Shown here: positions 54,601 to 64,000 of the stretch, in pieces
How the letters are laid out: the number at the start of each line of letters is the position of its first letter
Numbering within the stretch: the stretch's first letter is position 1
Assembly: GCA_964016885.1 (NCBI GenBank)
Contig: OZ024741.1
Location: 42,346,001 to 42,410,000, forward strand
DNA length: 64,000 nt
Source of the DNA: Eledone cirrhosa
Taxonomy: Eukaryota
Direction of reading: 5' to 3'
Program-made: the position numbers and the translations under genes
The notes under the pieces: generated by a model
What the model was told of the DNA's origin: nothing
The model's database searches: none
Seen by the model: the letters and a program-made list of their open reading frames with translations, nothing else

Positions 54601-55723
54601 GATGCCGTGGTTGACGATGCGCAAACACGCGCTCAGGCTGCGGCATCTCTACGTATTCCTCACCGGACAACCGGTGTGGGCCCCGTTCGTGAGGCGAGCC
54701 TTCCCACGACTCGTCTCGCTGACCGAGCTGCAGTCCTGGGTCAAGCAGAGACCGAGGAAAATGGGCGACTGGCACATCGAATGTGCTCAGGCGCTCACAG
54801 CCCTCTGGCAGGCGGACCCGGCGATCAGTGGAGACTCCACTTCGTCATTCTATAGAGGGTTGGTCCGCAGCAAGTGCGACGACGCGCTCGGTGAAACTCT
54901 AGGCGTGGAGGAAGATGAACTGGCCAGTCTGTTCGGTAGGACCTTCCGCCCGGGACCGATGGACAACTTCCAAAAGTCCCTGGCCTGGCAGTGCTACCGA
55001 GGAGCTCTACCAGTTCGAGACAAGCTCTACAGACATGGGCGCCCGGGCAGGGACCCTGCAAAAAAGATCTGTCCGAGGTGCGTGCGAGACGAAGAAACCG
55101 TCGCGCACGCATTCATACACTGCCCGGGCGTCACTGACCTGTGGGGCTATGTGGAACGACTATTGTCGCGGGTGGGACCAATCCAGTTGACCACCGAGTC
55201 CATTGTCATGATCAAACCGCCACCCTCCTTCAAAAACGAAGGAGAGGCGGTTTTCCTTTGTGTGATAGCTATGGCGAAAGAGGTTGTATGGTGGACAAGG
55301 TTGAAAGGGCTGAGGTCAGACACCTTTCTCTCCGGCCAACAACTGATTCTTTTTTTCAAATACCACTTTGGAAGAAGAATCAGGATGGAGAGAGAGGTGC
55401 TGTACCCCAGCAAGTTTTATGAAAGGTGGGTGAAAGTGGCGAGAATGGCCCGAGTGAATGGGCCTTCTCTCTATATCAGCCTGTAGGTTGAGGAAAAGGA
55501 GGAGGAGAGGAAAGGAGTACAAGCTCTTCGTACTCCTGGAGATGAGGGTTGCACATTTTTTTCGGGGGTCTGTGTTACCCATATAAACTGTCTCCCTCTA
55601 TTGGGGAAAATCGACTAACTTTTAAATTCCATCTGTGATAACATTTTACACGTTTTTATTGTATGTAAACTTCCCCCTTTGTATTTGTCCCCTTCTTTTG
55701 TGCCCCTGTGGCTAATAAAGAAA
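51604..55723 (+). mobile_element. Tx1-like copy D, 5'-truncated in ORF1, intact ORF2
   Basis: Begins right after the TATC tract (51527-51603) at KTNTTQEN of ORF1; ends AATAAAGAAA-TATATC. Confidence 0.96.
52049..55486 (+). CDS. Intact ORF2 polyprotein (1145 aa): APE endonuclease, reverse transcriptase, C-terminal CCHC; L1/Tx1 clade
   Basis: NVRGL, ICES, GDWN, YLDRVL, YSDH; PGYWKLN; KSPGLDG, NFRPITLLN, DQSKAFDRVDH, RQGCPLS, AYADD, LLGVWF, GGLGMP; CPRC-x7-HAFIHC. Confidence 0.97.
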   Translation: MANIRVGCVNVRGLGMPWKQGKLLNDLRSHSLDVVAICESRIHGERQLAPIFDDFEIYASLCQPGGGGGVAVLLRKHLGLVTQTVHLDPEGRLVVLDVDGSEGGAFRLVAAYAPSGTPRPDFFKRLETFLGTSRSLLLVGDWNGILDARWDYVGACPDKGGCNSLKQLIDRFDLADRYRLDFPTAPLWTWSNRSGTSRSYLDRVLVRNKDRDMLSCPQMFMVAYSDHKLVTCMANLDRTHRQGPGYWKLNLSLPTSKAYSRRISTLVKQHLTGAIVNNRWWYSLKRAVRLDSIVFSKELALDRNRTEKELVDKVEEAIRSGNVASVLATRTALDQFFDAKHEGCVVRSKIRALGNEGAKAVSWARVTEAKSGNKSTIRSLKDQNGRVIREPKQMCAAFQRHFARLFGGSGAPGEAMDFGPYLDGLPRLSDSEAKFCEKPISATEIGDALSQCGKRKSPGLDGLPYEFYVAMPDLFSGLLEAVYCNWQQNGRIPNSVTGGVVTLIRKDENKGDDIGNFRPITLLNTELQILAKVLAKRLALVVENLVGEAQTCAIPTRSIHDNLHLMRYIIERVGCKPGFGGALINLDQSKAFDRVDHRYLDAVLEAAGFGPVFRGWIAAMHNSNICSRVKVNGYLSEPFHITRSIRQGCPLSSLLYVLTLEPLLRKLELLQGIPLEPGLRKAASAYADDVTVMVSSASQIEEVGTLLKEYESLTGAKLNRDKSIGLQLGSWRGRPMPSDGVVGRWTEGPVKLLGVWFGPDLQVEKNWNEVTAKVFALTQKWAECKLSLKGRAEVANTFIASAIYYRLTVVPCPAKTLAKMERALFRFLWKRRAPLVRRSICCQHPSNGGLGMPWLTMRKHALRLRHLYVFLTGQPVWAPFVRRAFPRLVSLTELQSWVKQRPRKMGDWHIECAQALTALWQADPAISGDSTSSFYRGLVRSKCDDALGETLGVEEDELASLFGRTFRPGPMDNFQKSLAWQCYRGALPVRDKLYRHGRPGRDPAKKICPRCVRDEETVAHAFIHCPGVTDLWGYVERLLSRVGPIQLTTESIVMIKPPPSFKNEGEAVFLCVIAMAKEVVWWTRLKGLRSDTFLSGQQLILFFKYHFGRRIRMEREVLYPSKFYERWVKVARMARVNGPSLYISL

Positions 55724-55725
55724 TA

Positions 55726-55757
<32 letters not shown>

Positions 55758-55975
55758 AGTCGTGTGTCACTTCGCGGAGAAGTTTCCGTTAATTTATGTA
55801 AGGAAAAAACGTGAGTTTTTAGTTCAATTTTATATCATTGTGTAACTTGACCACCCGTCTGGACCTTCAGGTGGTGGGTCAACTCATTTTCACCCCTTCA
55901 GGGGCGGAATATCCATTTAAAAAATTTTTCTCCATCGAATCTTTGAAAAAAATATTGTAAAATTTTGATTACGTT

Positions 55976-57889
55976 ATGAACGCTGCGTCCAACGATAATG
56001 GTGGTGGAGAGGCGGTAAGACTACAAAGCTCGCAGTCAACAACGTCTTCTTCACTAGATACTATAGAGATGGAAAGACAAAATGAAAATAAAAAAACGAA
56101 TTCACATCCAAACAACACAAATGACACCAAACAGCTCAATGACAACAAAAATAACAGCAAAACCAATAATGATGATAAAATCAACAATGATAACAACAAC
56201 AAAGAAAAAAATAAAGACAACGCCAATAACACCAGCATCAAAGACAACAACAACACCAAGGAAAATACGGATGATACCAACATCGGTGACAACAAGAATA
56301 ACAACAAGAATAACAACAATAATGACAACACCACCAATACGGATTCCACAAAGAAACCAAAAATCTCCTTTGCAGAGAAAGTTAAAAAAAAGGAGGAATT
56401 GATATATCTCGACATAACAAATGCTGAACAACTTTTAAAGGAGGCTAGGAGATATGTCACTTTCGATAAAAATGGTGCTTTCAGCATCAATTCTCCGGTA
56501 GAAATTCGCAAGGAAACTGCTCTGAAAACGATAGTTTTTAGGACAGTTTCCAATTCTACCCGAAAACCAGTCCAATTGTCACAGAAATAAATTGAACTGG
56601 TTTTCAAAAATTCAATGAATGATATTGCATTCATTCAAAGAAGCAAACTTTTTGAGAGTATTTCGGTACTCATGAAAGATCAATTGACGGCCCAAAATTA
56701 CTCTGTGTCGCCAATTGTATCCAACCTGTACACCTTTTCCCCTTCGTACATGTGAAAAAGGACACAAAAGATCAGAATCACGAGTGTCACACCAAAGGTG
56801 AACATATGGTGGATACTGTGCGGCTTCATCAATTTTGATGAAGACAGAATACTGTCAGTAGGAAAGTCCCCCAGAGATGTATTCAATGGGACTAGCATTG
56901 AAGTTCTGGTGCAAATGAGCCCAGGGCGAATAGCTATGATCCCACAACGTGTACTCCTGGACGGACTCACCTATATAAACTTTTCGGTTGAGGGTAGGCG
57001 GCCTTCATGTTACCATTGCTTTAGCAGGGGTCACCTGAGGGCTTCCTGTCCTAAATTAATGAACCCCAAAAAGGCTCTTCTGCCGACACCCATCAAAACA
57101 ACACAACCACCAACACCACCACAACAACAACAACACCAACACACAAAAATAACCACAACAAACACAGTCCCACCCAACCCCACTCCACCTAAAACCACTG
57201 CAAAATCACATACAGACACAACAACTCCCCAAGACATACCCCGCCCCAATCACACAGACGATACAACAGATGCGGCTATCTCCCCATCACCCAGTGAAGA
57301 CGAGGGAGAACCCCATCGCTCGAAAAGAAAGAAAAGACATCACAAAAGCAAAAAACCAGCAAACACTACCACAAACATACAACCACCAACACAAACAACA
57401 AAAACATCACAAACAAAACGCCCACCTGAAAACAAAATACCTACAACAAAACGAAAGCACACACAAGAACTACAGACAAAAACAAACACAACACAAGAAA
57501 ATTACACTTACACTTACATAAACACTGAAAACAAAACACTAATGGAGACCATCACGAACGACCCTTCGGTTTTCACCGAAGGGAAAACTTTCGCCCACTC
57601 TATAAAAAATAGCAAAAAACTGAACCTAAAACTGATTAGGGTCCCTATACAAACTTATAGGTCCCTAAAAGAAACATTTGAGAAGGATGTGGGGAATTCC
57701 TGCGTGAAACCACTCAACCGCGTCCTTCTCAAATGCCTCCCCACCCCAGACACCCCCATCCCACCAGACCCCACCCCACCAAACATCTGCGTCCCCACCC
57801 CGCCGGAAACCACCACCCATCCAGACAACCCCTCCAACACCCCCATGGAAATCGTGCGGCCTGGTCCCCAGGAGGCGAAGGGTGAGTGA
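55976..57889 (+). pseudogene. ORF1 of copy E with the same two in-frame stops as copy B
   Basis: TAA 56588-56590 and TGA 56753-56755; CCHC knuckle present. Confidence 0.88.
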
Positions 57890-57922
57890 TCTCTTTTCCT
57901 CTTTTAACTTTTCAGCACCAAC

Positions 57923-60900
57923 ATGGCCAATATAAGAGTTGGATGTGTGAACGTACGCGGCCTGGGGATGCCCTGGAAACAGGGCAAACTCTTAAACGAC
58001 CTCAGGTCGCACAGTTTGGATGTGGTAGCCATTTGCGAGTCCAGGATCCACGGCGAGCGACAGCTGGCCCCCATCTTCGATGACTTTGAGATCTACGCAT
58101 CTCTCTGTCAACCGGGGGGTGGGGGAGGAGTTGCCGTTTTGCTGCGGAAACACCTGGGCCCCGTAACACAGACGGTACATCTGGACCCGGAGGGTCGACT
58201 GGTGGTCCTAGACGTTGACGGTAGTGAAGGTGGAGCGTTCAGGCTGGTGGCCGCATATGCCCCATCCGGGACACCGCGGCCAGACTTCTTCAAACGTCTA
58301 GAGACTTTTCTGGGAACGTCCCGCTCCTTGCTTTTAGTGGGGACTGGAATGGAATCCTAGATGCACGTTGGGACTATGTGGGAGCATGTCCCGATAAAGG
58401 GGGGTGTAACAGCCTCAAACAGTTAATCGACCGATTTGACCTGGCCGATAGATATCGACTAGATTTTCCGACTGCGCCACTGTGGACGTGGAGTAATCGT
58501 AGCGGAACATCTATATCGTACCTAGATAGGGTTCTAGTTAGAAATAAGGATAGGGACATGTTAAGCTGTCCACAAATGTTCATGGTTGCCTATTCAGATC
58601 ACAAACTAGTGACCTGCATGGCCAACCTTGATAGAACCCATAGACAAGGACCCGGCTACTGGAAGCTGAACTTGTCGTTACCGACAAGCAAAGTCTACAG
58701 TAGACGGATTAGCACTTTAGTTAAACAGCACTTGACAGGGGCCATTGTCAACAACAGATGGTGGTACTCTCTCAATAGGGCAGTTAGATTAGACTCGATA
58801 GCTTTTAGTAAAGAATTAGCGTTAGATAGAAATAGAACCGAGAAGGAACTGGTAGATAAAGTAGAAGAGGAAATTAGAAGTGGCAACGTAGCCAGCGTGC
58901 TAGCAACGAGAACGGCCTTGGACCAGTTCTTCGACGCAAAGCACGAGGGCTGCGTTGTCAGAAGCAAAATACGTGCTCTGGGAAACGAGGGAGCCAAAGC
59001 TGTTAGCTGGGCCCGAGTGACGGAGGCAAAAAGTGGCAACAAGTCCACGCATCGGTCTTTGAAGGACCAAAACGGACGCGTAATACGTGAGCTGAAGCAG
59101 ATGTGTGCGGCTTTTCTGCGGCACTTTGCTCGGCTGTTCGGGGGGAGCGGCGCGCCGGGAGAGGCTATAGATTTCGGTCCATACCTCGACGGCCTACCGC
59201 GACTCTCGGACAGCGAGGCGAAGTTCTGCGAAAAGCCGATTTCAGCCACTGAGATAGGGGACGCCCTGAGCCAATGCGGCAAACGCAAATCTCCAGGTCT
59301 CGACGGTCTACCCTACGAATTTTACGTAGCAATGCCGGACTTATTCTCCGGTCTCCTGGAAGCGGTCTCCTGCAACTGGCAACAGAACGGGAGAATTCCC
59401 AGTTCTGTAACCGGGGGCGTGGTCACACTAATCAGGAAGGACGAGAATAAGGGGGATGACATAGGCAACTTCCGGCCCATAACTCTGCTAAACACAGAGT
59501 TACAGATTTTGGCCAAGGTGTTGGCAAAGAGGCTGGCGCTTGTCGTCGAGAACCTGGTGGGAGAAGCGCAGACATGCGCGATCCCGACCAGGTTCATACA
59601 CGACAACCTCCACCTCATGCGATACATCATAGAGAGGGTAGGGTGTAAACCCGGCTTCGGTGGGGCCCTGATCAACTTGGATCAGTCTAAGGCTTTCGAT
59701 AGGGTTGACCATCGTTACCTGGATGCGGTGCTCGAGGCGGCAGGCTTCGGACCCGTGTTCAGGGGCTGGATTGTTGCAATGCACAACAGCAACATCTGCT
59801 CAAGGGTCAAGGTGAACGGTTACCTCTCGGAGCCGTTCCATATTACGCGATCCATTCGACAGGGATGCCCTCTCTCCTCCCTTCTGTACGTACTGACTCT
59901 CGAGCCACTACTGCGGAAGCTGGAGCTATTGCAGGGCATCCCTCTGGAACCGGGACTGCGGAAAGCGGCGTCGGCCTACGCCGACGACGTGACAGTAATG
60001 GTGTCGAGCGCCTCGCAAATCGAGGAAGTCGGCACCTTACTAAAGGAATACGAAAGTCTCACAGGAGCGAAGCTGAACCGGGACAAGTCCATCGGTTTCC
60101 AAATCGGATCGTGGAGAGGCAGACCGATGCCTTCCGATGGCGTCGTCGGACGCTGGACGGAAGGACCGGTAAAGCTGCTCGGGGTCTGGTTTGGTCCGGA
60201 CCTCCAGGTGGAGAAGAACTGGAACGAAGTGACGGCCAAGGTGTTTGCACTCACCCAGAAGTGGGCCGAGTGCAAACTATCCTTGAAAGATCGAGCGGAG
60301 GTGGCGAACACTTTTATAGCGTCCGCCATCTACTACCGCTTGACCGTCGTGCCTTGTCCAGTCAAAACGCTCGCCAAAATGGAGCGCGCGCTCTTCCGAT
60401 TCCTTTGGAAGAGGCGGGCTCCTTTGGTGAGAAGATCCATCTGCTGCCAACACCCTTCTAACGGAGGGCTGGGGATGCCGTGGTTGACGATGCGCAAACA
60501 CGCGCTCAGGCTGCGGCATCTCTACGTATTCCTCACCGGACAACCGGTGTGGGCCCCGTTCGTGAGGCGAGCCTTCCCTCGACTCGTCTCGCTGACCGAG
60601 CTGCAGTCCTGGGTCAAGCAGAGACCGAGGAAAATGGGCGACTGGCACATCGAATGTGCTCAGGCGCTCACAGCCCTCTGGCAGGCGGACCCGGCGATCA
60701 GTGGAGACTCCACTTCGTCATTTTATAGAGGGTTGGTCCGCAGCAAGTGCGACGACGCGCTCGGTGAAACTCTAGGCGTAGAGGAAGATGAACTGGCCAG
60801 TCTGTTCGGTAGGACCTTCCGCCCGGGACCGATGGACAACTTCCAAAAGTCACTGGCCTGGCAGTGCTACCGAGGAGCTCTACCAGTTCGAGACAAGCTC

Positions 60901-61359
60901 TACAGACATGGGCGCCCGGGCAGGGACCCTGCAAAAAAGATCTGTCCGAGGTGCGTGCGAGACGAAGAAACCGTCGCGCACGCATTCATACACTGCCCGG
61001 GCGTCACTGACCTGTGGGGCTATGTAGAACGACTATTGTCGCGGGTGGGACCAATCCAGTTGACCACCGATTCCATTGTCATGATCAAACCGCCACCCTC
61101 CTTCAAAAACGAAGGAGAGGCGGTTTTCCTTTGTGTGATAGCTATGGCGAAAGAGGTTGTATGGTGGACAAGGTTGAAAGGGCTGAGGTCAGACACCTTT
61201 CTCTTCGGCCAACAACTGATTCTTTTTTTCAAATACCACTTTGGAAGAAGAATCAGGATGGAGAGAGAGGTGCTGTACCCCAGCAAGTTTTATGAAAGGT
61301 GGGTGAAAGTGGCGAGAATGGCCCGAGTGAATGGGCCTTCTCTCTATATCAGCCTGTAG
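57923..61359 (+). pseudogene. ORF2 of copy E, single 1-bp deletion in a G run (~58340), otherwise open
   Basis: GGGG versus GGGGG in copies B and D at the GDWN codons; may be a sequencing error. Confidence 0.9.
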
Positions 61360-61668
61360 GTTGAGGAAAAGGAGGAGGAGAGGAAAGGAGTACAAGCTCT
61401 TTGTACTCCTGGAGATGAGGGTTGCACATTTTTTTTCGGGGGTATGTGTTACCCATATAAACTGTCTCCCTCTATTGGGGAAAATCGACTAACTTTTAAA
61501 TTCCATCTGTGATAACATTTTACACGTTTTTATTGTATGTAAACTTCCCCCTTTGTATTTGTCCCCTTCTTTTGTGCCCCTGTGGCTAATAAAGAAATAT
61601 ATCTATCTATCTATCAATCTATCTATCTACTTGTCTATCTATTTATGTCTATCTCTGTATATATTTAC

Positions 61669-61755
<87 letters not shown>

Positions 61756-62089
61756 ATAGCTACAATAGTCATCATTATATCCACCATAAGCAATCTAATG
61801 CAATGCAATTTTCAATTCGAAAAAAACTTCTTTATCTAATCAGTTAAAATGTATGTATGGTCTGCAAGATAATTTAACGGATTTGTTTTCGATATATTTC
61901 GGCTACAGTCTATCGTTATCCCAATCTCTTAAGCCATGTCATGTAGTTCTGGTGAAGTAGCTTCCACCATAAAGACTCCTCGCAGACATTATTGTTGACT
62001 GAGAGTTAATAATAAACACTTAATCGGAAAACTTCAGCCAGCCCCATAAAATCAGGTATTGTTGAGACTCTGATTATTATTATTATTAT

Positions 62090-62492
62090 TGATTGCTAGT
62101 ATATCGGTAGAGCGTCAGATACCATACTTTACATAATAGAGTTACGGCCATTTACGGTCTGAGTTCAAATCCTGTCGAGGTTAGATTTCCATTTCATCAT
62201 TACGGGGTCAATAAAATGAAGTACCAGTAACGTACTGGGGTTGATTTAATCGACTTTCCCTTCCCCAAAATTGTTGGCCTTGTGCCTAAAGTAGAAACAA
62301 TTATTATTAGAAGGCGGTGGATTGGCAGTATCGGTAGAGGGTCGGACGCCATGCTTTGACGCATTGAGTGCCATTCTGAGTTCAAATCCCGCCGAGGTTA
62401 ACTTTGCCTTTCATCCTTACGGAGTCGATAAAATAAAGTACCAGTAATATACTGGTGAATTGCTGGCCTTGTGCCAAAAGTAGAAACAATTA
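62090..62492 (+). mobile_element. Two tandem Meta-core tRNA SINEs
   Basis: Same consensus; 62090-62305 and 62312-62492. Confidence 0.85.
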
Positions 62493-63251
62493 TTATTAGA
62501 AGTATTATATTGTTCGTTCTCTTGTCGCGACGTGTTGCACATCGCTCCTGTAAGTTTGTTTTCATTTCTATTATTATACAGATTTATATTGAACTTTTGT
62601 GACCGTTTTTAGGGAGCTGGTTAGTTTGTCTCCTTCTGCAGCCATTAAGAGCTAAACCGAGGTTTGTTGAGCAAACACCTCTCTCAATTTTGGTATAAAA
62701 TAGAAAGATGTCGGAGGAAGAATGTTCATCACCTGAAAAAAAGAGTTAGCTATCCGCACTCACCTACCACCACCAACACCAACAGCAACAACAAAATCCT
62801 AAAATTCACCCAAGGGGGATTTCAATTCAACTCTCCCACTCTGCTCCTTTTCATCACACATACACATACACTCATTCACACACTCACACCACAGCACCCA
62901 TATGAGTCAAATGACAGAGAAACCCCCTCTTCTCGCAGCGAGGAAGAGAGGGAGCCCCCAAACCGCTAGAAACAAACGAACAAAAAAGAAACATAAAACT
63001 CTCCCAAACATTCTGCACCATTCTAACACACACACCAACACAAACTTCAGAAAACCAAGAAAACACTCTCACACCAAACACAGCTACATCTTCAACCACA
63101 GCAACACCAAGATCATCACCACATCCGGCAACACAAACATCATAAGCAAAACCACCAACACAACAACAAACATAACTAGCCACGAAAAAAAAAACCCACA
63201 ACAAAAGCAAACGGTCACAAATTCCAGCACATTCAAACACACACACACACA

Positions 63252-63332
<81 letters not shown>

Positions 63333-63576
63333 ACACACATACATACACACACATACAGACACACACGAATACACACAAAAAAACATACTCATACACAGAC
63401 ACACACACACAGAGTCACACATACATACACACAGATACATATGCACACACACACACACACGCAGAGGCACACAAGTACACGCACACAAACACACACCAAC
63501 CTTTGTGCTACCGATGAACAACTGATGTCCCTTGTAGCACAAAGGGATGTCATAAAAACGGGGGGAAGGGGAGATA

Positions 63577-63768
63577 TTTAATATCAGTAATTTCAAGGTA
63601 CCCCAAACCTTATTAATAGCACGCATATCCCTAACGACAAACAAAAGCACGAGGGAGAGCTTCCCTTACGACGTGGAAAGGGAAGCTCTCCCTCATGCTT
63701 TTGTATGTCGTTAGGGATATGCGTGCTATTAATAAGGTTTGGGGTACCTTGAAATTACTGGTATTAAA
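63577..63768. repeat. ~90-bp-arm fold-back palindrome
   Basis: tttaatatcagtaatttcaaggtacccc...gagagcttccctt / aagggaagctctc...ggggtaccttgaaattactggtattaaa. Confidence 0.9.
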
Positions 63769-64000
63769 CTATTACACAGTTTTATATAAAAAGCCACAAG
63801 CAGGCCTTTAAAGGGGTTCCCAAAGGAATTTCACCAACCAGTTGTGGAGGTAGAACAACCCGATCTCCAACAGCACTGGGAGAGTAAGTAGCTGCCTTTC
63901 TTTCTTTGTTTCATTCTTTCTTTTCTTTCTTTCTTTCTTTCTATCCATCTTTCTTTCTTTCTTTCTTTCTTTCGTTCTTTCTTTCTTTTCCATAACATTT

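Larger units (their letters stand above)
55758..61597 (+). mobile_element. Tx1-like copy E, full length (~5.84 kb)
   Basis: Flanked by TATC tracts 55724-55757 and 61598-61655; colinear with copy B. Confidence 0.96.

Noticed and set aside
48490-61655. Target-site duplications for Tx1 copies
   Set aside because: Cannot be defined because both flanks are the same tetranucleotide repeat
62595-62760. Degenerate hammerhead (-) and PLE C-terminus-like RCRRKNVHHLK (+); similar weak hints at 14340-14600 and 39588-39630
   Set aside because: Too many core mismatches or frameshifts to call

Overview
AT-rich, microsatellite-dense metazoan genomic DNA. The SINE families and (TA)n/(CA)n load are most consistent with an octopod cephalopod (inference). 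No host protein-coding gene could be supported. The window has two parts. (1) Two head-to-tail clusters (1-10.5 kb and 48.5-61.6 kb) of a two-ORF L1/Tx1-clade non-LTR retrotransposon. Every junction in these clusters is a (TATC)n/(GATA)n tract, and one copy keeps an intact 1145-aa APE-RT-CCHC ORF2. (2) An intervening ~37 kb of Penelope-like element (PLE) remnants, seen as fold-back palindromes next to (TA)n. These carry about 20 type-I minimal hammerhead ribozyme motifs from a dozen or so unrelated families, including U3-A8 covariant cores and a ~500-bp tandem retrozyme-like repeat. Also present: many tRNA-derived SINEs, a 5S rRNA-SINE-tail chimera, a CRE-like RLE fragment and several minisatellites. 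Most long ORFs in the supplied track outside the Tx1 copies are simple-repeat artefacts. Coordinates were read by eye and may be off by a few nt.
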